Shown piece by piece: positions 14,280-29,719 of a stretch of 64,000 nucleotides of DNA (within the stretch, counting starts at the first letter, position 1; the number at the start of each line of letters is the position of its first letter). Source of the stretch: Octopus vulgaris (lineage: Eukaryota); NCBI GenBank assembly GCA_951406725.2, contig OX597814.1, forward strand, positions 16,492,001 through 16,556,000. Direction: 5' to 3'. The notes under the pieces were generated by a model. The model was not told the origin of the DNA and ran no database searches. It saw only the letters and a list, made by a program, of their open reading frames with translations. The translations under genes were made by a program, and so were the position numbers.

Positions 14280-15748
14280 AGACCATAAAAATGGCTGGTG
14301 GTATGAGATGTGAATATATTCGATTACGGCAGTCTCGCATCTTTCTTCTTATAATAGCAAATACAGTGAATAATACATTATGTTTACATGGTCTGCATTA
14401 GTAAGCATGCTACGCATCATGCGATACAATGTGTATGAACAAATCAGTGCAGATAAAGCAAGCTAGCTCTTCAGATCACCAAAACACCACGGTTACACCA
14501 ATGATTCATCTCACACTTGAATTATTGGTGTAACTATGATTTGTAAATATGCAATTGTATTGCGTAATGCGTAGCATATTAGTCCAGAGACATAAACTTA
14601 ATTTGCTATACACATGAAGAAGGCTACAAGATTACCATACTCCGTAGGATAACAAGTGACTTAAATATATTCATCTCTCATACCTCGACGTTTTCAGCTG
14701 CAAGGAACTCTGCTTTATACTCCTCTGCATTGGATTACAGAAAATATGGATTCCTTATGATCCCACATGGTCTCGGTACTCACTGAAATATAAAATGATA
14801 ATAAATTAATAATAATCATACAAAACTCATATATTTTAATGCTAATTTACATACAACCACGCATTGATATACGTGAATATGCATACATATGCATGCAAAC
14901 TCTCGCACAGACACACGCATACACACAGACCACGTATGTATGTATGTATGTATGTATGTATGTATGTATGTATATATGTATGTATGTATGTATGCATGCA
15001 TGTATATCACAATGTAATGCATTTGCTTCGTGTTACATGTTGAGAAATTAGCCTTTTATCTTATAATAAGCCTCTTACGTTATTTTCTTTTATTTTACCT
15101 TTTTCCTGGCATGTTTTAACCAGAATCAATACACAGAAACTCGCATTTTTGCTGGTTATCATTTTCAGAGTTAGACCGCTGTTTGAATTAGCAAAGCACA
15201 TGAAAATATTTTCTCCACAACAGCAAACTCTTGAATCCACTTGAAATCACGTTTGTTACTTCCGGTAAACGAAGATGAGCTTCCGTTAAAGTTAAACAAA
15301 CGTGTCACCGATTATAGTAGCCACTTAGAAACACACACACACACACACACACACTCAAAAATATAATACATATAATAGACAAAAACAAATTGAGTAAAAG
15401 AAAAATATATGAACAATAAACAAACAAAAAAACAAAAAAATAGAAGCAATGCTAACAAAATAACAACGAGAAGAGAGGTATCATTTACTGACGCCAACCG
15501 TCTTGTAATCGTTTATTCAACTAAGCGAGACTGATTACAGATTGAAGCTGAGTCAAATATCCACGAAATATACACTGTTTGTCCCAGAGCCATCGGCAAT
15601 AAACAAAGACCACGCACAATTGAAAAGACTTGTACACCGAATGTTCTCATATGTTTCTTCATTCTACTTTTCTTTTCATTCGTCTTGATCGTCTTCCTCT
15701 TTGTTGCTTTTGTTGTAGTTGTTCCTCTTCTTCTTCTTCTTCTTCTTG

Positions 15749-15782
<34 letters not shown>

Positions 15783-15810
15783 TATTATTATAGTTATTAT
15801 TATTATTATA

Positions 15811-16078
15811 GAGTGAGAGAGCGGTGCATGCCATCGAAGTGACGCCGGGGTAAAATATACGAAGTCCGGTGTACCCATCATGACTACCAGTCTGATAAGA
15901 GAACACTAGGCACAAGCATCACAACCATATGTGCGCGACATGGTGATCTCATATCAAGATAAACAGCACATGACCTTGCAGGTGGGGGCCGGTTAGAATT
16001 TTCTTCTGGTCGAGTAACCCATCCCGCTCAAAAGGTCTCTGAATAAGATTTGTTTAAGGATGTTGAACGAACCACCCA
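15811..16078 (-). mobile_element. 5'-truncated copy of the (AAT)n-tailed element at 62488-63012
   Basis: Reverse complement of roughly 62760-63012, abutting (ATT)n at the same end. Confidence 0.85.
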
Positions 16079-16543
16079 TGATGATGATCATGATGATTTC
16101 ATTTATCGATCTCAAGGCCCCAGGACATCGAGGATAGCATATATGTAATGACGAAACTAAATTTTGGACTGGGAATGGTATGACATTGCCCGTCGATGTT
16201 TTAATCTCGCCTAAGAAATTGTCTTTGATCTAACTACCATTAAGTAATAGTTCAGTATATCTGGCCCTACATTTCCTCAAAATATATATACCATGACAAA
16301 AGACCTAGCGGCATTTCGTCACTCTTTACGTTCTTGGATCAAATGCCACTGAAGTCGAATTAGGGGGTCGATAAAATAAGTACCAGTCAAACATTGGAAT
16401 CAATATGATCGATTACCCACGTCTTCCAACATTTCAGACCCTGTTCCTATAACAAAAAAGACAACAAAAACAGCATAAATAACAACAACAACTACTACTA
16501 CTACTACTACTACTACTACAATTACTACTACTACTACTGTGAA

Positions 16544-16860
16544 GGTGCATAGCTCAGTAGTTAGAGCATCGAGCTTACGATCGTGAGGTTGTGAGTTCGA
16601 TTCTTGGACCCGGCTGCGTGTTGTGTTCTTGAGCAAGACACTTTATATTCACGTTACTCCAGTTCACTCAACTGTAGAAATGAGTTACGACATCACTGAT
16701 GCGAAGCTGCATCCTTTGGGTAACATCAGTGGTGTGGAGAGGGGAGGCTGGTATGCATGGGCGACTGCTGGCCTTCTAAAAACAACCTTGCCCGAATTTG
16801 TGCCTCGGAGGGTAACTTTCTAGGTGCAATTCCATGATCATTCACGACCGAAGGGGGTCT
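16544..16860 (+). mobile_element. SINE family S2
   Basis: Homologous to 5509-5843; B-box GTTCGATTC. Confidence 0.9.
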
Positions 16861-17264
16861 CCTCCACCACCAAAACCACCACTACTACTACTACTAGCCA
16901 AACCAAATAATGAAGTACGATATTAACAAAACCAAGGATGTTCATTGGGATCCCCATCATTATTACTTTCATCACCAGTTATCATTTTCCCTCTTACTCA
17001 CCGTATAGGGTTTATACAATCTTGTGGTTTATTCTTCTCTTCACCTGAACTCCTACTAATGACACCGTTACTGGTATTTGCAAATATTCATATCCAATGA
17101 AACTGGTGCAACCTGCATAGGTGAATGGGAAAAAGGTGAATATTACAAATTGAAGTGTCTGTTAGAAGGGATACTTATTTGCCGCTGCCCATTGCCCGTG
17201 GGTGATTCAAAGCTGATTTATGTTTTTAACATCATACGTTTCAATTCATTTTCTTTTAAATGTT

Positions 17265-17868
17265 TCTTATTTCTTTACTACCAACAAGGGGCTAAACACA
17301 GAGGGGACGAACAAAGACAGACAAACGGATTAAGTCGAATATATCGACCCCGGTACGTAACTGGTACTTATCTAATCGACCTTGAAAATATGAAAGGCAA
17401 AGTGGACCTCGGCGGAATTTGAACTCAGAACGTAACGGAGGACGAAATACCTATTTCTTTACTACCAACAAGGGGCTAAACACAGAGGGGACGAACAAAG
17501 ACAGACAAACGGATTAAGTCGATTATATCGACCCCGGTACGTAACTGGTACTTATTTAATCGACCCTGAAAATATGAAAGGCAAAGTGGACCTCGGCGGA
17601 ATTTGAACTCAGAACGTAACGGAGGACGAAATACCTATTTCTTTACTACCAACAAGGGGCTAAACACAGAGGGGACGAACAAGGACAGACAAACGGATTA
17701 AGTCGATTATATCGACCCCAGGTCATAACTGGTACTTATTTAATCGACCCCGAAAGGATGAAAGGCAAAGTCGACCTCAGCAGAATATGAACTCAGAACG
17801 TAGCGGCAATTGAAATACCGTTAAGTCTTTCGCCTGGTGTGCTAACGTTTCTGCCAGCTCGCCGCCTT
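17265..17868 (-). mobile_element. SINE family S3 with triplicated 184-bp 3' portion
   Basis: TTCTTTACTACCAACAAGGGG recurs at 17271, 17455 and 17639; a single head ends at 17868. Confidence 0.9.
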
Positions 17869-17932
17869 AATGTTTTATGTTTCTCTCGTTCTCTCCCATC
17901 TTTCTCTCTCTCTTTTCTTTCACTCACTCACT

Positions 17933-17971
<39 letters not shown>

Positions 17972-18439
17972 CTTCTTTTTTCTATATATCTGAGCATATT
18001 TCTCCTTATGTGTATGAGAAGAGGGAATGCTTAGGAGTCAACCGTGTCCAAGTAATAAATTGTAATGCATCTCTTTCGCCCTATATCTATGTCTCACTCT
18101 ATCTGCATGTGTGTATATCGTGCGCGAGTGTGTTGGACTTCAGTGTCGAAAATACTGTCGCCCGAAACAGGTTCTAAACAGCGGAGCCCAATCGTATCAT
18201 TCTGTCGGTTGGAATACTTTTATCGCGGAAAACGTGAGTTTTTCTATTTTCCAATGGCCAACGCATATATCAACAAAAGCCTTCTCTGCAGTCACCATTA
18301 CTATAATATAACTAATTTTAACAAGAGCAAAACATATGTAATAATATATCGATAAATGAGGATACGTAGAAAGAAGCTAGGGGATCATATTAATCATCAT
18401 CATCATCATAGTCAACAATATTATTATTGTTGTTGTTGC

Positions 18440-18497
<58 letters not shown>

Positions 18498-19405
18498 GTT
18501 ATTATTATTATAACAGTAATTCTTATTATTTTTGCGTCAAGACGACAACAGTGCACCTTAAATAAAAAATAACAAATACTACAGCAAACAAACGGACATA
18601 TGAAAACAGCCCTAAAGGCTTAGCTGTTTTCGTGTGTTGCTTAAAGAAAACAAATCAGCCAATATCGAAAATATAACACACGGATGAAAAGATAGAAGGA
18701 AAGACACCAAACAAAAACAAATTATAAATGATAAGAGGCAATCCTTACGAAAAATATATAAACAATACAATTACAAAGCAAAAAAAAAGAACATGACAAA
18801 GGCAATACATGATACACAGGAAATTAAACGTGAAGATTTAGAAAAGAACACTTGTGTAATTCAAGAAATTAGTGGGAGGAAATATTTAGAAATGGCACAC
18901 TTCTCGAAATTTTTGTTTTAATTTTCTTTATATTTTTATGTGAGGCAACACCAGTGGTTGTGTGAAATGTGTAAAATGAAGACGTTGGTCGACAAAGCGT
19001 ATTGTTCGCCAGGTAGGTACTATTAAGCACATACATATACACACGTACACGTGCACGCGTACGCATACACACAGATATATAAACACTCATGAATACACCC
19101 AGATACAAACATACATATTATATTTCCATATGTATATTTACATATGTATGATATGTATATGTATGTATAAATATATACACACACACACACGCGCACACAC
19201 ATAAACATACACACGTATAAATAATATAAGTAACCCGTCAGCAATTCAAACCTGGAGGCAAATTTATAAACAAGGGTACAAAATAGTACCAGCGTTGCTA
19301 GAAACAGAAGTCAAATACCACTCGAAAAGCCACAAAAAGCACTAACTCAATATGTTGACGAAACAGAGGAAGCGTTAAAGCTCCTTACACAAAAGAAGCA
19401 GATAA

Positions 19406-19858
<453 letters not shown>

Positions 19859-19860
19859 AA

Positions 19861-19967
<107 letters not shown>

Positions 19968-20234
19968 ATGTAAAAGGTAGTTTCTCTTGTCCGAAAAAGA
20001 CGCTTCTGCAACCTCTTTCTGATCAACAAATGATTTGTTTATGATCACATATGTATGCTATATATTACATAACTCCGTATATCAAGTGTTGAAGTGATCG
20101 CAAAGCTGCGTAACATGAGGTGTTTTGCTCAAGAACAACTCACAACTCGGTGCAGGAAGTGCAATCATGACATGTTGGTTTAAACACCCAAGCCATTAGG
20201 CCATTCAGCCTCTCTCTCTTTCTCCATCCTTCTT

Positions 20235-20265
<31 letters not shown>

Positions 20266-20354
20266 AACAATCTATCTATCTATCTATCTATCTTACACCC
20301 ACTCTGTTTAAATACATACATATACATCATGTGACCGAATAACCTATCAGATAT

Positions 20355-20575
20355 TAGCTGACAGAAACGTTAGCACGCCGGGCGAAATGCGTAGCCGTAT
20401 TTCGTCCGCCTCTATGTTCTGAGTTCAAATTTCGCCGAGGTCCACTTTGCCATTCATCCTTTCGGGGTCGATAAATTAAGTACCAGTTACGCACTGGGGT
20501 CGATGTAATCGACTTAATCCGTTTGTTTGTCCTTGTTTGTCCTCTCTGAGTTTAAACCCCAGTGGGTAATAAAAA
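20355..20575 (+). mobile_element. SINE family S3
   Basis: GAAACGTTAGCACGCCGGGCGAAATGCG...GGGGTCGATAAATTAAGTACCAG. Confidence 0.9.
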
Positions 20576-20651
20576 AAAAACAGATATTACTTATTGCTGG
20601 TCAAAATGTTCTTTTGCATCGTCTTAACTTTATACATACACACATACGTAA

Positions 20652-20690
<39 letters not shown>

Positions 20691-20857
20691 TGCGTGTGTG
20701 TGTTTAGATGAGGTAAACCTTCACTTATTTTCAGATGGATTCCTTATCATGTTTAAGAAAACAAAGCTCTGAGTATTAGCTGCATGTTATACCTGAAAAT
20801 CTATCTGATATTTTAGTTCTATATGATTGTTTTAAGAGAATGTTACTTCCATTTATA

Positions 20858-21406
20858 TTGGGCTGTCCGGAAAGTTCATGCCGATTTTTAAAGGAAAGAA
20901 AAAGGTGAATAAATACTTGCCATTACCCAAGCTTTACTAGGTTCACATGAACGACGGATTTTGATAGGTTGAGGCTTTCTGTCAAGTATCGGGTTATGCA
21001 ATGTTGGTTGTTCTCAATTAATGACTTGATTTGGTCATCATCTGTAGTGGATGGACTGCCTGATCACTCTTTATCAATAAGGTTACAATCTCCAGCTCGG
21101 AACCTTCTGTACAGTCTTTAGGATAAAGAAACTTCACATATTTTTTTGGTTTCTTGTGAGGCATTTTCCTTTTACGGAAAAAGAAAAGCATCAAGTGCCG
21201 AAAATGAACTCTCTTATCTTCCATTTTAAAGGGTTACAGAATTAACGCAAGTTATAGGAACATAAACCTTCTTCCAGGAAAAGATAGCTTAAACTGTGCT
21301 CTAAATGGAGGTGTAGTCAAATCCTATTTTATGGACTAAAATATGTTCTAAAATAAGTGGAAAGGTAAGCTACTATAAATCGGTATGAACTTTCCGGATA
21401 ACCCAA
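20858..21406 (-). mobile_element. Internally deleted mariner element with TIRs and TA target duplication
   Basis: TIRs TTGGGCTGTCCGGAAAGTTCATGCCGATTT and AAATCGGTATGAACTTTCCGGATAACCCAA, flanked by TA. Minus-strand MEDKRVHFRHLMLFFFRK is a mariner transposase N-terminus. Confidence 0.88.
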
Positions 21407-23927
21407 TATATTAAAAGTTATTGACAATATTATGTTGTATACGCTATTAAAGTATGACTTAAGTGATATTACATTGCTTCTGTGATCGAAAAATAGACAA
21501 ATTATAATAAGCCAAAAGAGTTGCTTATTTTCTAGGCATGCAGCTATATTTTAAATGATTTTTAATGAAGAGAGAAGGCATTGTCCATAACTTGTTTTAG
21601 GGCCTCCTGGTCATTGAGGTGGGTAGAAGGTGTTCTCAGATCAGATGCCTGGCCGAATGACTTCCACGGAGTGAACTCCGATAAAGGTGGAGGGTGTTAA
21701 AGAAGGGAATTTCTTTACTCTACTAACCAAATTTTAAGTCGGTTACAATCATGATCTGCAGAATCTGTTATATAGTTATTTGTGCAAAAATCTATATTTG
21801 GGCTATTGAAAATAGTTCAAATTAAATTTCTGGGTGTTTTGTTTTGTTAAATGAGGAAGTCCTCCGTTTATATTTGCAGAAATGCTTTCACCTTATCACT
21901 TCTGATTTCAAATCAGTGGTCAAATTAATATCTATTTCCATCAGTGTATATAATGAATACATTTAGTTAAATATAATATTATTCGTAAGATAAGATTTCT
22001 CACACATCGTTAATGTTATTTTGATGGGAATGTAAATGTATGCCTGATAGTTGTTCCACATAACTATGATGTAACTATGATGAATATCTATGTTTGCAAA
22101 AGTTACCGAAAGAAATGATAAAGCTAACATAATTTTCTATAATGAGATAATAAATAATCATTATATTCTTCAAGTGGTGTCCCCTAAAGACAGTGAACAC
22201 AAAGGAGATGATCATATCGCCTTAATATTTGGCGGGATTGGAATTTTTTATTTTATATCAAGGGATAAGGTAAGGATGCTTAACATACACATATTTAATT
22301 TTTCTTTCTTGCTTACTTATTACGGTCTTCGACTTTCTTATCACTGTTAATATTGTATACTAGTATTTAATTCTTCTTCAAAATCATTATCATGACATAG
22401 TCTGAGACACGTTAGTTAAATATTTTGAGGCGAGACATTATTTATAGATGAAAGCAGACCAAAGAGTGTCAACTGTTGACAGCTGTTATTGCTGAGGATT
22501 GTTCGCCCAGATCTCACTCGAACGAGTAACATGATGATCACCACGTCTCTTCGCATATTAGGGACAAAACAAATATCGTATTTTAGGCGAAACGAGTGTG
22601 AATTGGTAGCTATTTTCACCAGCTTCAACCAATATGTGTTACTTGACTCGTTTGCGTTAATTTGTCCATTTTGTGGATCTTCATGCTTGAGGATATTTTT
22701 TTTTTTCGTTCAAGGATTTTTTTTATTATGAAATGACGTTAAAGTCCAATATTCTGTACTTGAAACGAAGGGAAATATACGTAAATGTTATACTTCAGAT
22801 ATATTGTATATTGTTGAAGGTTAGCTCACTGTATTTCCTGATTAAATATTTTCGTAAAGGATTTTATCATATGATGCTATTATGACAAGCGCTTCTGTCG
22901 GCTGAGTAGAGGCTATCTCATTGATTCGAGATTATATGTATCAGATCACTATTACATTTAGACAAAACTCGATTGATTAAGTTAAAAGAAATGTCAACAC
23001 TTCGACTGATACGCAATCGCGCTTTATGTGGTTGATAATCCTAATTAAGGCCTGTTGCTTTAACTTATTTGTCATTGTTGTTGTGAAACCAATAAAAGGA
23101 TTAGTACAGAGGCTAGAAGGTTGAATTTGTAACGGGAACGAAAAAAAGAGAAATGACAGGGTTTTGAATACCTAAGTGGAGATAGTATGAGACAAGCTAT
23201 CTCCGCGAAGCAGTAGCCAATATAGCAGCTCTAGAAAAGGCCGTTTAAGGAGATAGGACATACGAGAGCAGTCTGTTTGATTGTGTTTTGCAACGGCCCA
23301 GCGACAATCATTCAGATATAAAATATTTTGGAAGTAGGGAGGCAGTTGCAAAGTCTCTGAGGTCAGAGAAGTATTCTATTATAAAACTTATTTGACTTCC
23401 TATTATAATTTCCTGCAATGTAGATAGTTTAAAAGTGTAAAAATAATGGTATTTGACAGGAATTGGAATTGTTTTTTTAAATAACCTTCGTAAACATTGA
23501 TTTCTTCCATAGGTACAATGACTAAAATATACCAGTAAGGAAATTTCGATTGTATTTAACCCAATTATCAACATGTATTATATTTTATAGATCCCTTAAG
23601 AATAGCAGGCCAGTCAGAATCCGATTAAAATTGAACTTATGGCGTAAGTAAAAATGTAAGACATTTTAACAGACATGTGACTAATTTTTCCAAATGCAAA
23701 ATGACATTACTTTAAAGATATGCTTCTTGATTTTGTAATATTCACTGTGTTGATTTCACGTAATATTAACGTCAACTTTTCCCTTCATATACTGTTTTAT
23801 ATGGTAGAACAAGGAACTTTAAAGTACTGACAGTTATTTAATAACAACATCATTCATTTCAACACAAATGACTTTTCGAAGTTGTATTTATTTTAGAATA
23901 TAATGCATACATACAATAAGATCTGTT

Positions 23928-23975
<48 letters not shown>

Positions 23976-25405
23976 CATGGAGTGCTGTGAGTCTGTAAAT
24001 ATACACATACCTGTGTGTATACAAATACATGCAAAAATGCATACACACACACAAATTTATATATTACATGCGTATCTATGCATACATTCACACATAAATA
24101 ATGTATGTTTGTATGCATGTATGTGTGCATGCATGCATGTATGTATGTATGTATGCATGTATGTATATATGCATGCATGTATATATGTATGTATGTATGC
24201 ATGTATGTATGAGTGTGTGTTTGTCTGTGTATTATGATACATAATTTACAGAATTGTATCACGGATGAATTTTATTCGGTGAAATATCGTATTGTATATT
24301 TCTACCATTGTTTATTCTCACTGCTTTATCAACTACATTCATCATACAAAGTAGATTTTAAGCGTCTTAAATGCAATATTTCCTATCGTATTTATTCCAA
24401 TTGTTAAAGTGTTTTAAAGAATTGAGTTTGAAAACAAGATGATAGCTCGAATAATGAATTCTGAAGCATTTCATAGGACGAAACGCATTATATTCAAGCT
24501 ATTATAATCCATGTTATTATCAAAATGATAATGCAGGTAAACCATTTCCTTTATATACCATATATATCTACATTATTTTTCTTAAAATGTAATGGATTAT
24601 TAGAATTGATAATATTATTATATGACAAATAATATCAAATAGGTATATTTTGGTTGAAATGTAAATTTGCCTTATACAAAAATAATTTAATAAATATATT
24701 TAAATATTGATGTTATTTTGTGTCGTTTAAGTTAACAAAATTTGCTTTTACACCATTTAAGTTATCCACCACAATACGAATTAACTTCAAAGGAAATCTG
24801 ATGAATCCGCTATAGAATGAATATTGATAATCTTTTAAGGGGTATCAGAGAATATGTAAGGCTTCTATACAATACGTTAAAATTCTATTAAAAGTATGTT
24901 TCATAACGAATTTATTAATAAAATAAAAGAATAATTCTTTATAAGTTCACAAAAAACATAATTTAGAAACCTGCTACCTGACCTACCAGATAACACACAT
25001 GCATGTATCCACATATGTATAAGCATACGTATCTCACTCTCCATTAATACATACATACATATATATGTATATATATATATTAATGTATATATGTATATAT
25101 ATATATGTGTGTGTGTATATATATATATATATATACATATCTATGTATGTATGTATATATGTATGCATGTATGAATGTACATACATACTAGGTAGTTAAT
25201 GCGTCGCAAATAGAGGATGCTGCTGTATTTCCAGCTAACCTTTGTGAGACAAATTAATTAGAAAATCTATGGAGCATGTTCAGTCGAACTGGAGATTTTA
25301 TCTCGTATTTTATATTTTATTCCTTCAAGTAATTTTTTCTATACAGATTAAGAAAAGTAACCAGCTAATATAATAAACAGTCCATAAACCCTACAAATCT
25401 CTATA

Positions 25406-25635
25406 CAGGGTTGGCCAAAAGTTACGTGAAAGTAAGTCAAACCCATTTAATTCCAACCATTCAATTATTTATGTTTAACAAATGAATGACTTTAATAAAA
25501 GCATTTAAATATGAAACATCATGAAAATTGTTAAAACTGAAGTCCTCCTTGAGCGTCACATTTTTCCATTTGAGTTAATATAATAGTAATTCATGGAATT
25601 TTGATTTACTGTCGAGCGACTTATGGCTAACCCTG
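25406..25635. mobile_element. Tc1/mariner-type MITE
   Basis: TA-CAGGGTTGGCCAAAAGT...ACTTATGGCTAACCCTG-TA; imperfect TIRs of about 30 bp. Confidence 0.75.
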
Positions 25636-27049
25636 TATATCATATGCATGAACTAAAAAAAAAACGTTAATGATTACGGTAAATAAACGGCTACTATAGT
25701 ATGAACACCTATATGTGTTTTGTCAAGCATATGATCAAGTGGATCTGGCATTCACTGCCTGATGAGGAAGCAGGTTTTCTTTGATAAGTACCTGAAGAAA
25801 AGAAAACGAAGATTTCCTGTTTTTCTTTCATAAATTTTACTTTCATTGCATGTCATTACAACTATAATTATCAACAGAACACCAGTCGAACGCCTGGGGT
25901 ACAAACAAATGGATTGATGCTTCTAGATTTTAAATAAAAGCTAATATTATAAGATTAAACTTCTTTTGATGATTAAAATTCACTAAACTTTGCCAATGTG
26001 TATTTCCTAGAAGCATTTATTACATATATAATAAAACACATACTTTCCTGTAAAGGCCAGTAAATTGTCATTGATTTTATCTTGATCTATGTAAAAACTT
26101 TCTTTCAATATGCAATACAAACAGATAACACTATATTCAAATTAACTATTGAACAGATCACTTTGGTTAGATTCCTTGTTACAATATGAATCACTCTAAT
26201 GATATGCAAGATATGCTCGATAGATATCCCTGAATAGAAGACCTAGAGCAACAAAGTCAAGAAGACTAAAGGAAATATGTGTAGGAAATAACAGAAAAGA
26301 TGTGAAGTAAATTTGTTTTATAACATAAAATCATTATTTAAGATATGCTGGCAATGCAAGTTACAAATATATGAAATAACTTACCGTGTGCTTTCAATTA
26401 ATACCGCAAGCTTGACATCTCAGATATTTTAAACCTTGTAATCCTAACTTTCGTTAAAAGAATATTGAAAGTTATTATATTAAACTATGTACTTAGATAG
26501 ACATTTGGAAGAATCTCGTTATGTTCAAAACAACAATATGATATCTCGGTCGATCAAACTGCTAAAATAAGAACCATATCCCTCAATTCACACTTTCAAC
26601 TTTAAATGAAACTTACACAGTAATGGACAACCTGAATGCATTAGGCCTGTAACAAACTATCGAAAATATTTCTGCAGTGACGAAAGGACGAGTATACAAT
26701 ATTATGTAAATGAGAAAATATAGAAAGTTAGCTGACATTTTCATAATTTGTACGCGGGCAATTTCAGAGGAGCCGCACAGATTACTTCATCCGGTTTGGT
26801 CAAAAGGGAACATCATACAGCTATGGAATACCTGTACTTTAAAAATAATAGCACTATATACGTTTTTCATTCAGAACCTTATCTTTATAAATAAGCTAAT
26901 AGAACAGAACCTGGAAGTTCTTACAATATATGAAGCAAATTATCGAGGGTAAATGGGATTTTATTAATTGCAGCTTATTTAGAAAATTGTCATTACATTG
27001 AAGTAGATAATCTACGATTCACTACTGTACGTTTTTCTTTCATTGTTTT

Positions 27050-27403
27050 ATGCTTCGTAGCATTTATTCAACTTCGGCCAAGAAGTAGCAGCCCCTTGAA
27101 TAATTTTAGTCGATCAAATCGAACTTTTTTACATAAGTTTGAGTGGAATACTTATTTTATCAATCGCTTTTTCCGAACGCTAAATTTCGGCGACACAGGC
27201 AAACCAACGCCTGTTGTTAAGTGGTGAGAGACAGAAACGCGTTTACATACACAATGGAGTCCTGCACAGTTCCTCAAGTCATTAGTCGATCCTGATATAT
27301 AGTAGATATGGAAGAAAAAAATTATCTTGAGGTGCCGTGCAGTAGAACTGAACCCAAAATCACGAGGTTACAAAGCCAACTTGTTAACGACACAACCATA
27401 CTT
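27050..27403 (-). mobile_element. Highly diverged SINE family S1
   Basis: GAGGTGCCGTGCAGTAGAACTGAACCC...ACGACACAACCA matches the S1 head in reverse complement. Confidence 0.6.
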
Positions 27404-29081
27404 ATCTTGATAAATATTTCTTACTTATAAGTACTCGGCGACATAAGCAGGCGACGTGATTGTGATAAATCCCTATTTTTCGAGCGAAACGCTATATGGA
27501 ATAAGAAGTTTTATTCAATTATTTTATTTATGTATATATTTATAATTCCATTCGCTATTTGTTAGTTGTGGGTGGACCTTACCTTCTATTCTACACCAAA
27601 TTCAACATTGTGACTAATGACTTACACTCATTGTTATATATGAGAATTACACAGAATGACCTTTATAAATGACATATATCTGTAGGAAAGCATGCAGATT
27701 GATGACAGATTGAAAACGAAGTGCGCATGCTTCGCTACACTACCGATGGAAATTGGCGTGAAGTGTCAACTTTAACCATCTTACTTGACATATCCTAAAG
27801 TATTACGTACATAAAACTGATTCCTGTCACTTTTAAGCTCTTTAACATTTGCCAAAACTATATATTTTATCCATATATAAATCTGTATTCACACACACAT
27901 TTATATATGGGGAAAGAGAGAGAGAGACAGACAGACAGACAGAGGGAGAAAGATAGAAAAAGATTGATATGTATGTATCTATCTTTATATGCATATTGGT
28001 GTGTATGTAACTTGATATGTAGGAAAATAGTTTCTCACTTTTGTTTTTAATTTGTGGTAGCCCACCCGACCCTCATTCATTGATATTTTTGTTTTCGCTT
28101 CGTTTAATATCTATACAGCACACATTTTACACTATGAACCACATGTTTGCAACCACATGTAAATATTTATATGTATTTTCTTTTCTCAGAGATCGCTAGA
28201 GGTCAATGAGGAAATAGTCTGCTATTAATACGGAAGTACCATCTACCGCAGTTTTTCGATTGGTATAATATTTACTCCTCTTTAGCATAAAATAAATTGT
28301 TTTTGACACGACATTTAAACCACTTGCAGAGTTTAGCTATATGGATACACACAAAAGTATAATGTTAAAATCATAATCACTTCGAAGTTTAGAAATGGTT
28401 TTCTTAACAAGAAATACTAAAGTTAAGATTACATAGTGGTTTGAAACATAGCAAAGCATAAAACCAAAGCATATGGATATTGAAATAGTTAATGAATTTT
28501 GGGTATCAACGAAGAAAATATGTAGTGTCAACTAAAAGATTTTTCTAACATATTTCCAACATAACACCAATACTACGTGAAGGAAATATATGTGCGTGTA
28601 TTTGCGCGTGTTTATGTATGTGCGTGTTAAAGTCTATTGCGGATAAGCCCTATGAGATTCTTGTTCTTAGATCAACTCTCTCTCTCTCTCTCTCTCTCTT
28701 GGCGTATGGAACGGTGGTGTATTCCAGAGAAACATCCATCCTTAACACATTTTTTGGCTAGAATCATAGAAATACCCCGTGAGAAAACTCAAGTTGAACT
28801 ACAGGTAGAATCTGTGGAATGGCTGTTACTCCCATTGTTCTGACTGTAGAAAAATAATGAAAACTGCCAGCCTAATTAGAAGGCGAAATTTAATGAGATT
28901 ACGTTAGAACCACTCTTATTCGTGAATGATGCATCTTAGAAACTCTAGTAATGTGTCCACATTGAATGATAGCATGAGGTCCAGGAAATTTGCTTTGGGG
29001 ACACTTGGAGTTCATAGTCAAACATATATTTCTTAGGCCGAACAAACCTTTTAGTGACACACACGTATCACGAGCGGTCGA

Positions 29082-29290
29082 ATGAAAAATAAAGATGAAT
29101 GTTTATGGCTACGAATAGACACTAAAACATCAAGAAATTTGAAAATTATAGCATTACTCTCCCCCAGAATCCAGCAAAGCTCACACAACATTGGGATTAA
29201 TCAAGTAGTTTACCAGGAGATTCTCACGGAGGACATGAACTTGTATTGTGTTGCTGCAAAGTCTATACCTTGTATTCTGCTAACTTTATT
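29082..29290 (+). pseudogene. Very degenerate mariner transposase fragment
   Basis: NIGINQVVYQEILTEDMNLYCVAAKSIPCILL resembles the mariner second HTH and K-(W/F)VP-xxL linker. Confidence 0.6.
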
Positions 29291-29469
29291 AGCCCCGGTT
29301 TCACCCAAATAAACGGCAAGAGGTGCAAATGAGGGTAGCTATATGAAACTCCTTTCTTCACCAAGTGCCACAAAATGGAGGAAGCTCTTAGTAATTAGTG
29401 TGTACCAAAATGTCGGTTCATCAACATGGCCGCAGCTCTGAACTGAAACTACAGAAAAAAAATATATAT

Positions 29470-29664
29470 AGTTCAAATTTATATAAAAAAAAGACAGGTG
29501 TAGGAACAACAAGCAATTGTATTAGTTTGACGCTCGGGAAAAATGTAAAAAATTCTTTTAGGTTTCAAGCCTACGGTCTTCAACAGAAATGAATAAGAAG
29601 AAATAAAAAGAGAAAGAATGAAAAAAATAGAGAATGTAAAGAAAACGTGTAGAGTTCAGTGGTT

Positions 29665-29667
<3 letters not shown>
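29470..29667 (-). mobile_element. Family A short element (motif 29554-29589)
   Basis: Minus strand reads TTT CTGTTGAA GACCGTAGGCTT GAAACCTA AAAGA; adjacent to (TA)n. Confidence 0.6.

Positions 29668-29719
<52 letters not shown>

Noticed and set aside
25755-25820. CTGATGAG / CTGAAGA...GAAA hammerhead
   Set aside because: No consistent three-helix junction.
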